NCBI RefSeq assembly: GCF_006345805.1
Contig: NC_043002.1
Location: forward strand, 79,732,001 to 79,796,000
Origin: Octopus sinensis
Taxonomy: Eukaryota
Reading direction: 5' to 3'
Length of the DNA stretch: 64,000 bases
Shown here in pieces: positions 1-13,912 of the stretch. The notes under the pieces were generated by a model. It was not told the DNA's origin, did no database searches, and saw nothing but the letters and a program-made list of their open reading frames with translations. How positions within the stretch are numbered: the stretch's first letter is position 1; each line of letters opens with the position of its first letter. Position numbers and translations under genes: made by a program.

Positions 1-773
1 ATGCTGGCAGAAATGGTGGCGATGGTGGTGGTGGTGGTCGTCGTCGTCGTGTTATTTGTCGTGGTGGTAGTATTAGTAGTGGTATTGGTTTATGTCGTTG
101 AGGTTGGTGAGGTTCCTGTAGATGCCATTGTTGGTGGGGACCGTGTTGGTGTTGTCAGAGTTGCTGCCGCTGCTGCTGCTGCTGCTGACAATGATGATGA
201 TGGGGCTGGTGGTGGTGGTGGGGTGGTGGTGGTGGTGGGAGGGTATGGCCTGTATGGCTTTCTCTTGTTTTGCTTTAACTCTTTCATGGTGATAACGTTG
301 TCTTTGAATGAATCGGCTTGAAGGAAATTGCGGAAGATTTTCACCATAAATCGCTCGTTTATTACATAGATAAAGAGGCACCTGCTTCAGAAGTCAACAT
401 CAAAGGAATTCTGAGACATTAACGTAGGCAATCCGTTCATGGAATCGCCTGCTTGCTCTTACTCGCCCTCTTCGCACCACCACCACCACCACCACCACCA
501 CCACCACCACCACCACACAACCACGACCACCACCTCCACCTCCACCGCCGCCGCCCCCGTCACCACAGCCACCACCACTACCTCACCAACGCTTCCACCA
601 CCACCATCATCATCATCATCATCATCAATGCCACCAACGCCGCTGCCACCATCACCATTGAGTTCGCCACCGCCGCCGTCACTGCTACCGCCATCGAGCA
701 TCTTCCCCACCACCATGGCCTGCTCGCTAAACTCAGATCGTTTTTGTTTCTTAAGACACACCTTGTGTTCTAG
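1..773 (-). CDS. Candidate low-complexity coding exon (G/D-, H-, T/P/S-rich) with apparent frameshifts; product unidentified
   Basis: GC-richer trinucleotide-repeat region. A possible acceptor (ccacctag) near 773 opens EHKVCLKKQKRSEFSEQAM...DDDDDDDGGGG. The non-repetitive segments SMNGLPTLMSQNSFDVDF and LKQVPLYLCNKRAIYGENLPQFPSSRFIQRQRYHHERVKAKQEKAIQAI join only with indels. No recognisable domain, and the strand is not certain. Confidence 0.3.
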
Positions 774-794
774 GTGGACAGGTTTGGTGATAGT

Positions 795-885
795 ATATAT
801 ATATATATGTATGTATATAGATATATATATATATATATATATATATCTATATATATAATATATATATTATATATATATACATACA

Positions 886-956
<71 letters not shown>

Positions 957-1174
957 AATATAAATATATATATATATGTATATATATATATGTATATACA
1001 TGAGTGTGTATGTAGATGTTATATATAATATATATATGTGCATGTTTATATAAATGTATTATTAAATATATGTATATATGTACAGGTGTGCGATGTGTAT
1101 GCATATACATAGAAGCAGACAGAACCACATATATACATACATATGTATACACACACAGCACTATATATTAATGT

Positions 1175-1261
<87 letters not shown>

Positions 1262-1475
1262 TAAATAAATATATATATATATGTATATATATATATGATA
1301 TACATGAGTGTGTATGTAGATGCATATATATAATATATATATGTGCATGTTTATATAAATGATATAAATATATGTATATAGTACATGTGTGCGCATGTGT
1401 ATGCATATACATAGAAGCAGAGAACCACATATATACATACATATGTATACACACACATGCACGTATATATATATG

Positions 1476-1530
<55 letters not shown>
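795..1530. repeat. (TA)n-rich compound microsatellite with a degenerate ~300-bp internal duplication
   Basis: Long TA runs; the motif gcatatacatagaagcaga..gaaccacatatatacatac occurs near 1101 and 1401. Confidence 0.85.
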
Positions 1531-1531
<1 letters not shown>

Positions 1532-1996
1532 ACATACACGCAGAGATTATGATAACCGTAAGTGGTTTACTGGTATGGATGTTTGTTTGGATGAATATGC
1601 ATGCACGTAAATTTTATGTATGAGTTCGTGTTTGAATGTGTACGGTATGAGTATGTATGCGCATGCGCGTGCGTCTATATGCGTGCTTGCATATGCATGT
1701 GTGTGTATGTCTGTCTGTGAGTGTAGATGTCTCTGTGTTTGATGTGCGAATGTTTGTGATGTGCCGCTCTGAATGAATTTCCTATGTATGTTTCCCTATG
1801 CATTTGTATAGATTTTGTTCGTCTACTCCTGTATGTTTCTGAATGTAGGGTCAATAGGATGTCCGAAAAGTTAGCTGACCAGACATTGTCCTCTACGTTC
1901 TGAGTTCCAAATCCGCTTATCCTTTTCTTTAAGTTTCGTCCAACTAGAGCATACACATTTTGCACCAGTAATATGCTTGGGCTGGTTTTACAAATA

Positions 1997-2432
1997 TGGT
2001 GGTTGACAATATGTAGAAAATGACCCATGTGATTTGGGGGTTTAGTCCCACTGCGTGAAACATTGAGCAAGTGTCTGCTACTATAATCTCGAGCTGACCA
2101 AAAGCTTTGTGAGTGGATTTGGTAGACGGAAACTGAAAGAAGCCTCTGGTATATGTGTATACACACACACACACATCTATATATATGTACATACATATCT
2201 ATGTGTGTGGGTGTGTCTTTGTCTCCGTGTTTGTCCCCCGCCACGGCTTGACAACAGTTGACAGTGTGTTTACATCCCTGTAACTTAGCGGTTCGGCAAT
2301 GGGTTCGACAGAATAAGTAGCAAGATTAAAAAAAGTACCGGGGTCGATTCATTCGTCTTAAAATTCTTCACGGAGATGGTGGGTGTGCCCCAGCATGGTC
2401 GTAGTCTAATGACTACAATGAATAAAAGATAT
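1997..2432 (+). mobile_element. Degenerate tRNA-derived SINE, family A (octopus OK/OR-type)
   Basis: Colinear with the intact copy at 2445-2828 (cccactgcgtg, gtggatttggtagacggaaactgaaagaagcc, cttagcggttcggc, ccagcatgg). Confidence 0.75.
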
Positions 2433-2444
2433 GTATATTGTATA

Positions 2445-2828
2445 GGCGCAGGAGTGGCTGTGTGGTAAGTAGCTTGCTAACCAACCACATGGTTCCGGGT
2501 TCAGTCCCACTGCGTGGCATCTTGGGCAAGTGTCTTCTGCTATAGCCCCGGGCCGACCAATGCCTTGTGAGTGGATTTGGTAGACGGAAGCTGAAAGAAG
2601 CCTGTCGTATATATGTATATGTGTGTATATGTCTGTGTTGCTTGACAACCGATGCTGGTGTGTTTACGTCCCCGTCACTTAGCGGTTCGGCAAAAGAGAC
2701 CGATAGAATAAGTACTGGGCTTACAAAGAATAAGTCCCGGGGTCGATTTGCTCGACTAAAGGTGGTGCTCCAGCATGGCCGCAGTCAAATGAATGAAACA
2801 AGTAAAAGAGTAAAAGAGTAAAAGAGTA
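2445..2828 (+). mobile_element. Full-length tRNA-derived SINE, family A
   Basis: Head ggcgcaggagtggctgtgtggtaag with B-box-like gggttcagtccc, CORE-like cttgggcaagtgtc, internal TA/TG microsatellite, and (AAAAGAGT)n tail; many copies in the window. Confidence 0.85.
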
Positions 2829-3099
2829 TATTCCTTTTACACTTTACTTATTACAGTCGTTAGACAGCTCCCATCGGGTTGCGGCGCCTTCAAGCGTTTC
2901 ATCGACCCTAGTATTGATTATTTTTAAACGTCTTGTAATTATTGTGTCGGTTTCTTTTGCCGAACCGCTGTATTACAAGATGATAAAAAAAAACTACGGT
3001 CCGAAGCTATGGAAGATACTTGACCACTCAGAAGGACTCAATCGGAAACCAGGTGGTTTGGAGTTGTGTTTTGTGTGTGTGGTTATCTGTGTTTGTACG

Positions 3100-3415
3100 T
3101 ATGCTTGTATGTATGCATGTATGTATGTATGTATGTATGTATGTATGTATGCATGCGTGCATGCATGTATGTATGCATGTATGCATGTATGTATGTACGC
3201 ATGTATGTATGTATGTATGTATGTATGTATACATGCATTCATGTATGTATGCATGCATGCATGTATGTATGTATGTATGTATGTATGTATGTATGTATGT
3301 ATGTATGTATACATGCATGTATGCATGTATGTATGTATGCATGTATGTATGTATGTATGTATGCATGCATGCATGTATGCATATATGTATATATGCATGC
3401 ATGTATCTATGTATG
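3100..3415. repeat. (TATG)n/(CATG) microsatellite
   Basis: Direct reading; explains the MYVC/HTYI pseudo-ORFs. Confidence 0.95.
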
Positions 3416-3661
3416 TGTGGGTGCAATTATGTACTTAATAACCCCTATTCATGCGTAAATAACCATATGACAGCGGGATGGTTTCTGTGAGTTCGTGTTT
3501 ATATTGTCGAAGTGCTAAAGACAAATACACACAAATTTTGCATGCAAGTATGCATGTTCCTTAATATACCGTAATTGCATACTCGATACTAAGCACTTCC
3601 ATATATAGTTATGTATCAACGAGAAAAGGCAGTTGTGGATATTCTACCTCTATTAATATCA

Positions 3662-3663
<2 letters not shown>

Positions 3664-3734
<71 letters not shown>

Positions 3735-3735
3735 A

Positions 3736-3782
<47 letters not shown>

Positions 3783-3806
3783 GGTCTATCTATTTATCTA
3801 TCTATC

Positions 3807-3837
<31 letters not shown>

Positions 3838-3862
3838 CTATCTAACTCTCTATCTATCTATC

Positions 3863-3909
<47 letters not shown>

Positions 3910-3920
3910 CTCTATCAATC
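3664..3920. repeat. (CTAT)n microsatellite
   Basis: Direct reading. Confidence 0.95.
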
Positions 3921-3955
3921 TATGTATGTATGTATGTATGTAGTATGTATGTATG

Positions 3956-4014
<59 letters not shown>

Positions 4015-4588
4015 AATATATACACATTCACTATATATATATAAATACATATATGAAATTATTCATACATATATGTACATATATATAGGCACGTGTTTGT
4101 GAATATATATATATGTATGCCTGTATATAGTTATATATGTCTATACACCCCCCACTCCGAAAATATATATGTATTTACGTACATACGTGCACGCATACAT
4201 ACGCGTGCGCTTATACACACATATAATGCATAAATGAAGATATGATATCTGTAAATATTTAATTTCGTAAATGCATATAATGCATATAAAAACACAAACG
4301 CATAGAAATATATATTCTGTATCATAAATATTGAAATAATAAGATATCATGGATACTTACACAATGAATCTTATATCATACTTTATGGATGTATTGCATC
4401 AGCCTTCGACCTTTGGATAAGGATTTTACTGGAATGTGCATGCAATTCACTATTGTTGTTGCCATGGAAATGTAAGAGTTAGAACAAATATGGTAATGTT
4501 TTAAAACTAACAGATATGTCATACATAGACACATCACTTGTTGCTTTGGGAAGGAATATATATATATGCATATGTATGCGTGTGTGTG

Positions 4589-4661
<73 letters not shown>

Positions 4662-4807
4662 GTATATATATATATATATAGATGTATATATATACATACA
4701 CAATATAAATCTATACTTATATATTATATATATGCATATATATATACATATTACATAAATATATATATATATATATACATATGTGTGCGTGTATAAATAT
4801 ATATATG

Positions 4808-4842
<35 letters not shown>

Positions 4843-4857
4843 TATATATATATATAT

Positions 4858-4898
<41 letters not shown>

Positions 4899-5225
4899 TA
4901 CATACATATATATCAAAATAAGCAACAAGGATATCCAGAGGTTATGCAGTACGATCGTTTCAAGCAACTCCATTTAATTGAACAGTGCAATCATCACATC
5001 AATTTAAATGCAGAGCAATTCCCAGCAGCATGAAGACATATAATTTCATTAAATTAAAACAGATGGACACATTAGTATAATTTTACCTAAAATCTCCAAG
5101 AAGGTAAGGAGATAGACAAAGAACATGCTGCCTTCACTTCAGCTTGTATATACATATGTATATGTATATACATGCATACATACATATATACATATGAGAA
5201 TGTATATGTACATATATGTGTATAT

Positions 5226-5455
5226 ACTCTTTTACTCTTTTACTTGTTTCAGTCATTTGACTGCGGCCATGCTGGAGCGCTGCCTTTAGTCGAGCAAATC
5301 GACCCCAGGACTTGTTATTTGTATGCCTAGTACTTATTCTATCGCATTCCTTTGCCGAACTGCTAAGTTACGGGGACGAAAATACACCAGCATCGGTTGT
5401 CAAGCGATGTTAGGGAGACAACGACACTCACAAACATATGCACACATACATACAT

Positions 5456-5491
<36 letters not shown>

Positions 5492-5670
5492 CACACACAC
5501 ACACACGCACATACATATGTACGACCGGCTTCTTTAAGTTTCCGTCTACCAAATCCACTTACAAGGATTTGGTCGGCCCGAGGCTAGAGTAGAAGACATT
5601 CGCCCAAGATGCCACGCATTGAGAATGAACCCGAAACCATGTAGTTGGTAAGTAAGCCACTCCTGCGCCT
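5226..5670 (-). mobile_element. SINE family A, full length
   Basis: Reverse complement of the 2445-2828 copy, with the (ctctttta)n tail at left and ccactcctgcgcc head at right. Confidence 0.85.
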
Positions 5671-6169
5671 ATTTGTATATATATATATATATATATTATA
5701 TATGTGTGTGTGTGTGTGTGTGCGCATCTGTGTGTATGCGCGTGTGTGCGTATGTGTATTTATATACATATGTGTGTATGTGCGTATGTGTGTTGATATA
5801 TATATATATATATACGTGTGTGTATGTGTTTTTATGTTTGTGTATGTGTGCTGTCTGTGCTAGTGTTAGAATGAAAGAATAGACAGGCGAAACATGTAGT
5901 ATCACTTTGGTGCTTGATCGTAGAATAGCTACAATGGAATTGTTGGAGTAAAAGATATCAAAATAAAGGAGTAATAATTCGCGCATAGTGTCTCTTATAG
6001 CTTTTTCTAGTATAGTTACGCATATGGCGCATTTCTGAGCGAAAGAAGTTTTCTATATAAAAGCAAACTTAACCGTTTTCCGAGAGGAAGAATTATGGTA
6101 TATGCTGTACTTATTAATGGATAATAGTAGTCAACCAGCTCAATCGTCTAAATACGATTTAGATCGATT

Positions 6170-6556
6170 ATGAGCAAAATGCTTCGCGTCATATCGTTCG
6201 GCTTAACGTTCTGAGTTCAAATTCCGCATAAGTAGGCTTTGCCTTTTATGCTTTCGAGGCCGAGAAAATAAGTACCATTTGAGTCCTGGGGTCAATGTAA
6301 TCGATTTTCCCCTTCCACCAAAATTTCTGGCCTTGTGTCAAAACTTGAAACCAATATATAGGTATTGTATTAAAGCGGCGAGGAGCGGCCTTTCGTCTGT
6401 CTTTACGTTCTGAGTTCAAATTCCGCCGAGTTCGGGTTTACCTTCAATTCCTTTCAGGGTCGATAAAATAAGCACCAGTTGAGCACAAGGGTTAATGTAA
6501 TCGACCTACATTCTCCGCCGGAATTACTGGCTTTGAGCCAAAGTATGAAATCAATA
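6170..6556 (+). mobile_element. Two adjacent degenerate SINE family B copies
   Basis: Each has acgttctgagttcaaattccgc (B box), gtcgataaaataagtacc and gatgtaatcga motifs. Confidence 0.75.
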
Positions 6557-6624
6557 TGGATCACTGATAACCGTTCATTACAAGGCTCTGCAACACCATT
6601 GTTGTTTTAGTGGCAAGACACGCA

Positions 6625-6835
6625 TACACTTCACGTAGTTCTCAGAGAGATTAAACGTGATACATAATCTAACAAGGCTGGCCCCTTCAATTACAATTAC
6701 ACCTCATTTTTTTGCAAGCTGAGTGAAATTGAGCAACGTGAAAAAAAGTCTCTTGCTCAAGGACACAATGCTCCACCGTGAATCGAAATCACGACCTATC
6801 GATGATGAACCAAATAACCTAACCTCTATGCCACA
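6625..6835 (-). mobile_element. Degenerate SINE family D
   Basis: Homologous to 8860-9059 (gagcaacgtgaaa..tcttgctcaaggacacaa). Confidence 0.7.
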
Positions 6836-6894
6836 GGTCTTCAGTTTGAATGTTAAGTTTTGAAATATTTGTATTAGTATTATATATAGTTACA

Positions 6895-7046
<152 letters not shown>

Positions 7047-7194
7047 GTTTGTCTGTCTGTCTGTTTGCTTATGTATACATGTATACATGATAAATACACA
7101 TATCATGTATATACTTACATGGATACATAAATACACACACATATACACGTACATACTAGTAAGCATTCTTGCATTGCTTCGCGACGCGTAATCA

Positions 7195-7620
7195 CGGAGG
7201 TGTGAGTTCGAGTCTCATAGCCGGCCGACAACTCATTTTTCAGCAAAATAGGGGTAGCATATCTTGTTCAGGCTATATTATTAGCATTATCCTGCGTTTG
7301 AGAATTTAAAATCACTTCTTTAATTTTCGAAGACATCTCAGCGCTTCTAAAGCAAACTTCATTTTTTTGTTTACGTTTATAGTAATTTGATTTTTACGAA
7401 TGATAGTGTCTAATAAAGCGATATTTCTAATTACCTTAAACTTGCGGAAGAATTTGTTGTGTGGGCGGTTTAGCTTACTGGTTCAGAGCACCGCGGCGGT
7501 ATGAGTTCAAGCCTCATAGCCAGCCGCCAACACTTTTTTTCTGCAAAATAGGGGTAGCTTATCCTGTTCAGGCTATATTATTAGCATTATCCTGCGTTTG
7601 AGAATTTAAAATTACTTCTA
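7195..7620 (+). repeat. Partial tandem duplication (~299-bp period) with tRNA-like A/B boxes
   Basis: 7195-7318 matches 7492-7618. B-box-like gagttcgagtc (7204) and gagttcaagcc (7503); A-box-like tagcttactgg (7471). Confidence 0.7.
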
Positions 7621-8732
7621 TTAAGATTACATTTTATTTTACACTTGCCATTTGTCGCTCAGTGTAACTATTCGCTGCTGACGAAGCTTTGTAGGTTAGA
7701 ACGTTAGTCACCACGCTTTTCCTGACATATACAAATACGGAGATTGCTCTCTATAAACATTCTCATTTTGTAAGACAAATGGAAGATCGGTATATTAACA
7801 TAGTCTTCAGAAGATGAATTAGGCAACTATGAGAGTTTGTTTCTTATACCTTTGAGTACATCCTATAGGAATGTTTGGGTTTCTACTTCAATATGATGTA
7901 TTCTTACAGAAAAATAAAAAATAATAAAAGGCCATAGAGGTGATATTTATCTTTCACTTAATAGAGATAAATGTCAGCTTTACGCCATTTTCTCAACTAA
8001 GAAATGAATATTGTCTTATCTACACAGAAGTGATGGTTAGCTCACAAGCATATTGAACGCACAAGGATTTGCCAGCATGATTATTCTTTGCAATCATCGT
8101 CTTTTCTTCTTATTTGTATATCTGCTTTGCAATTGCTTCTTAGTTCCTGAAAATATGGTATACACTTGCGTCAGAAATTAATTAGCACTTCTCAAATTTC
8201 TACATTAAATAGGTTAAATCAATTAACCTATGAGCTGTTCAAAACGTCTTACGCGATGAGAAAACTTAGTATGGTGTGATTTCGGTCCTTGGAGGCGCTA
8301 CCTATATCTATTAAACAAAGGAAGATTTGTCTGCATCCGCACTCCAGGTTGTTGTTGCACTGCTACGTCAACATCATAAGGCTGTAGACTCTCAAACTGC
8401 TCTGCAAACAAAGTTACGTCATTGTTCTGCGCAACAGTGAACTCGCAACAAAGCAATAGTTCGAGATATGGCCACTAGGTGACAGCACATACCTTGAGTG
8501 AAGAGCAAATCAAGGGTGCTAATTAATTTCTGACAGTAGTGTATATGTGCACGCGTTGTTAATGTCGGATTCCAGGTGGTAACACAGATGTTAAAATGGA
8601 AATTGACTGATCAATGATTTCTATTTTAGCACCAGGATTTTACCATCCAGAATCCAGCATTACCAGCGGCTACTGTTGCCCCGTATAATCCCCATTATGA
8701 ACGTGTCGATGTTAATGCTAGATAAGAACCAT

Positions 8733-9059
8733 CTTAAAGACTCCGCCGGTTACGACGACGAGGGTCCCAGCTGATACGATCAACGGAACAGCTTGCTCGT
8801 GAAATTAACGTGCAAATGGCTGAGCATTCCACAGATACGTGTACCCTTAATGTAGTTCTCGGGGATAATCAACGTGACACAGAGAGTGACAAGGCTGACC
8901 CTTTGAAATACAAGTACAACTCATTTTTGCCAGCTGAGTGGACTGGAGCAACGTGAAATAAAGTGTCTTGCTCAAGGACACAACGCGTCGCCGGGAATCG
9001 AACTCACAACCTTACGATCATGAGCCGAATGCCCTAACCACTAAGCCACGCGCCCTCAC
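8733..9059 (-). mobile_element. Full-length tRNA-derived CORE-like SINE (family D) with a 12-bp target-site duplication
   Basis: Minus head gtgagggcgcgtggcttagtggttagggc...gagttcgattccc, then gtgtccttgagcaagacac. TSD gataagaaccat at 8721-8732 and 9060-9071. Confidence 0.9.
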
Positions 9060-10044
9060 GATAAGAACCATAAAGTGTAAATAAATATTCGGTTTACTTT
9101 TGTATAAGAACCGGTCAAACAACAGAAATATGAATTCTCTTCATTTTCACAAGGCTAAATTCCAAAGCCTAAGGGAACTGGTGATGCAGCAGTGCTAATA
9201 AGATAGTGGACATATAGTGGACACAACATAAATCTATGGTTCCCAAACTTTTTAAGGCAGCCGCTCCCTTGACATCCAAACCGAAATAGACAATGATCTA
9301 GTTATTGTTTCACCCAAGACCAAACTGATCAAAGAAGCATATGATTAAAAGTATTCCGTACGTGAGTATCTCGCTTTTTTCTCATAGTGTATTAGCATAA
9401 TAACACAATGGCCGTCGTCTTTATGTAAGTAAAATATAATTTGAAGGCGATTTAGCTGGTATTTTTTGCAACGTAAGGTACACATGGAGACCATCCAAAT
9501 AACTACAGTTAAGATATATACTTAACCTAATCATATATAGCTTCAATTCAAATCCTTAGTTTCTTTTTTAAATTTAGAAATCAATAATAAAACTTTGGGA
9601 CAGTCTCCTAGATTTTACTGCCTTAGAAATAAAGGGGAAAAATAATCAAATATTATCCAAGTGAAACAAACAAATTAGACAAAGACCAGTGGCATGTAAT
9701 TTTTTGGTTGTTGAACAAACTGAACAGGCACGGTTCACAAAATGTAAGATGCTTTGATTACGATGCAGGTTATGAAAGAGTAGAGGTACATAGTTAAAGG
9801 CAAAAGACTTGATAGACAAAAACATGCAAGCTGCTTGTGTTTATATTAGAATATTGACAGATACCACGAAACTACTCGATTGAAAACACCAATTTAGCTT
9901 CTTATCTCTAACACTATCTGCAAATAATGGAGTCAACCTGGAGGTATTTTCCTTTGAAATATCTTTTTTCGCCTCTTTTACTTTTCATCTCTCTCTCTCT
10001 CTCCCCCGTTCTCTCTCTCTCTCTCTCTGATGATATATATGTAT

Positions 10045-10081
<37 letters not shown>

Positions 10082-10200
10082 TACGTATGTGTGCGTATGT
10101 ATGTATATGTGTATGCATATATATGTATGTATATATGTATGCATATATGTATATATATGTCTTGTCTACATAAGTACATAAATACGTAGGTATGTACGTG

Positions 10201-10237
<37 letters not shown>

Positions 10238-10239
10238 AT

Positions 10240-11121
10240 AAGACGTCTCATCAATAAGTATCCGGACTGTTACCATTGTAACGAAGCTAAGGCAGGCAGA
10301 TTAAAGCCGCTTGGCACAAATTGACTTTCAATTCTGCTGTGCATGTGCACTAAGTTTTAACGTTTTGGTTCACTTCTGCTTCTTACACAGTGCTTGGAAG
10401 GAAGGAGTGTAGCGTGTGATCGTTGCATTGACTATGACAGAGAAAGTTGTCATGGCGATACCTGCTCAGAGACCTACGCAAAATTGCAGAAAGTGCATGG
10501 AGAGGAGTGTATGAGCCGCACACGAGTGTACGAGTGGTTCAAACGTTTCGAAGATGGCCGAAAAAATGTCGATATTGACGGACGTTCTGGGAGACCTGAA
10601 ACCAGCAGAACTGAGAAATATATCACAGATGTGTGTGCAGCTGTGAGGGCAAATCATCGAATCACCATTCGTGAGTTATCAGACGATGTGAAGATTAGTT
10701 AAGGTGCAGTCCAGTCTAGTACCACTGAATATTAAGGTATGAGACGCATGTCTGCCAAGTTTGTGCCAAAACTTCTTTCAGCTGGCGGAAAAGACACAAT
10801 CGGATTTCAGTTGCATAAGATATTGATTATGTCGAGAACGATGAAAACTCCTTGGAAACTTTGTGTAGGTCTCTGAGCAGGTATCGCCAATGTCTTGGCA
10901 AAATTTCATGTAGATTCACTGCTCAACTTTCATTGCCATGGTCACTGCGACGATCGCACACTACACACCTTCGTTTCAAGCACGACTCTAAACAGCTGAA
11001 ATGAGCTAGAACATTAAAACATTAGTGTGCATGCACAGCAGTGTTCAAGGTTCATGAAGCTATACTTTGCGTGCTTTAGCTTCGTTACTATGGTAACAGA
11101 ACGGATACCAGACCACGTATA
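10240..11121 (+). mobile_element. Internally deleted Tc1/mariner transposon with long imperfect TIRs
   Basis: Translation EKLQKVHGEECMSRTRVYEWFKRFEDGRKNV..RSGRP..RITIRELSDDV..MRRMSAKFVPKLL is a mariner N-terminal HTH plus linker. Inverted ends 10258-10381 and ~10995-11108; no DDD domain. Confidence 0.85.
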
Positions 11122-11176
11122 TGTACATACGTATATACACATAATTATACATACATACAGACATACATACATATAT

Positions 11177-11252
<76 letters not shown>

Positions 11253-11289
11253 TATGTATGTATATATATATATATATAATATATATATA

Positions 11290-11349
11290 TATATTTATAA
11301 AGATACATTTCATATATATATATATACATACATACAGACATACATATAT

Positions 11350-11391
<42 letters not shown>

Positions 11392-11722
11392 ATATATAGT
11401 TAATCCAAACAAGAAAACACAAAAAACACAACAGCGCGAGGATGTGGAACAAATATAGTATTATTGGACGCTCAGGAAAGAAGGGAAGAAGGAGGGTATA
11501 TGTATATATATATATATTTATAAAGATACATTTCATATATATATATATTTATAAAGACATATATATATATATTTATAAAGACATATATATATATATATTT
11601 ATAAAGACATATATATATATATTTATAAAGACATATATATATATATTTATAAAGACATATATATATATATATTTATAAAGATACATTTCATATATATATA
11701 TATTATATATATATATATATAT

Positions 11723-11765
<43 letters not shown>

Positions 11766-11859
11766 ATCCAAACAAGAAAACACAAAAAACACAACAGCGC
11801 GAGGATGTGGAACAAATATAGTATTATTGGACGCTCAGGAAAGAAGGGAAGAAGGAGGG

Positions 11860-11891
<32 letters not shown>

Positions 11892-11924
11892 CATACATAT
11901 ATATATATATATTTATAAAGATAC

Positions 11925-11930
<6 letters not shown>
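11290..11930. repeat. Local duplication of a PLE-type 3' tail fragment plus (tatttataaagaca(ta)n) minisatellite
   Basis: 11399-11500 equals 11761-11862, both being the reverse complement of 23965-24063. About five ttataaagaca units lie between them. Confidence 0.8.
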
Positions 11931-12017
<87 letters not shown>

Positions 12018-12074
12018 CATACATTTACATGCATGCATGCATACATATATACATACATGTATACATGCATGCTC

Positions 12075-12560
12075 GTGTAAAATCTGGCCAATAGGCCGGG
12101 TGCAGGATTGATACCATGTTGTTTTTGGCGAGAAACTCACAAACGAAGAGAGCTCGGTGACAAGAGTGCATTGTCGTCGTGAAAAATTCAATTCTTCGCA
12201 TTCCACAGACTCGGTGGCTTTCGCCGAATGTTCTCCACCAAACGCTTCAAAATGTCTCAGTAGAATTCCCGATTGGACGATCTGGCCCTGGGAGACGAGT
12301 TCTCAATGTACAATACCACATTTCCCGGGCTGACGCTCGTGGCATGTCTTCCAGAGACGCTCTTCCGCTTTTGAAGTCCCCGTGTCATTTGAAACATTGC
12401 GTACGACCCATTGCCTCGTCACTGCAAGCTTGCCGAAGCATGCTAAGTGTCTCTGTATCAGACCTCCCAAAGTTAATGCAAAATTTCATATTCGTTGTTT
12501 GTTTCTGACCATGACAGAAATTGCAGAAAACACGTGATTACAAAAACACAAATTTCACAA
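12075..12560 (-). mobile_element. Decayed, internally deleted mariner transposase
   Basis: Minus translation MKFCINFGRSDTETLSMLRQACSDEAMGRTQCF..FKSGRASLED fused to [46 protein letters not shown] (YSPDL-like). Confidence 0.85.
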
Positions 12561-12726
12561 CTTGCGAAGTAAACACAGCAATGTCACGCGGAACACTGCT
12601 TCTTTCAGTTTCAGTCTTACCACACAGCCACTCCTGCGTCTAGCACTGATTGTAAACATCTTAGCATTATGTACACTATCTTTCAATCCTCCTAGTACAT
12701 GGTTATGGCTATATAAGTAAAGATAT

Positions 12727-13127
12727 AGTCTTTTCTACTCTAGACACAAGGCTCGAAATTTTGGAGGAGGGGGCCAGTCCATTAAGTGGATCCCAGTACG
12801 CAACTGGTACTTAATTTATCGACCCTGAAAGGATAACGGGCAAAGTCGACCTCGGCATAATTTAAACTCTGAACGTAAAGACAGACAAAATACCAATTTC
12901 TTTACTACCAACAAGGGGCTAAACACAGAGAGGACAAACAAGGACAGACAAGCAGATTAAGTTGATTATATCGATCCCAGTGTGTAACTGGTACTTATTT
13001 AATCGACCCCGAAAGGATGAAAGGCAAAGTCGACCTCGGTGGAATTTGAACTCAGAACGTAGCGTTAGACGAAATACTGCTAAGCATTTCGCCCGGCGTG
13101 CTAACGATTCTGCCAGCTCAACCACCT
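12727..13127 (-). mobile_element. Two tandem SINE family B copies
   Basis: ggaatttgaactcagaacgt, gcatttcgcccggcgtgctaacg and aaggggctaaacacagagagg motifs. Confidence 0.85.
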
Positions 13128-13327
13128 TATAAAAACAAGTATATTGTATATTAAAGTGCAATGCTGAAGAAATGCTGTTAGCACACCGTTAATTGATTAA
13201 TCGAACTAAGCTGTTGAGAATAAGCATTTTCAATGTTAACAAAAAACGCTTACAGTACAGTACAGTACAGGATTGAAATTAGTTCAGCTCACTTGAGATA
13301 TATAAATATATAAAGCTCACTTTACGC

Positions 13328-13370
<43 letters not shown>

Positions 13371-13514
13371 TTTGTGTGTGTGTGTGTGTGTATATATAAC
13401 ATTTTTATATATATATATATCTATATCTATCTATATATATATACATATGCCAATATATATATATTCATATGTTTATATATATCATATCATATATATATTA
13501 TATATATAATAAAT

Positions 13515-13546
<32 letters not shown>

Positions 13547-13574
13547 GTATATTATATATATATATATATATATA

Positions 13575-13617
<43 letters not shown>

Positions 13618-13646
13618 TTATAATACAAACACACACACACACACAC

Positions 13647-13678
<32 letters not shown>

Positions 13679-13847
13679 TACACATAATGAAAAGATTGGC
13701 AATCACTTCAATGAGTCGGATCACTCACCTTCACTGATGAAGGTTAATAAATTTGTACTCTTCTGAATGGTCTCGTTATTCTTAAGTTTAACGTCAAATA
13801 GATTCAATATAAAACTCAACAAAAAACAAACATCAGATTACAGATAC

Positions 13848-13912
<65 letters not shown>

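Noticed and set aside
8300-8480. Short open frames on both strands (WPYLELLLCCEF.. / KEDLSASALQ..)
   Set aside because: Under 60 aa, weak splice sites and no homology recognised; cannot be supported as an exon.
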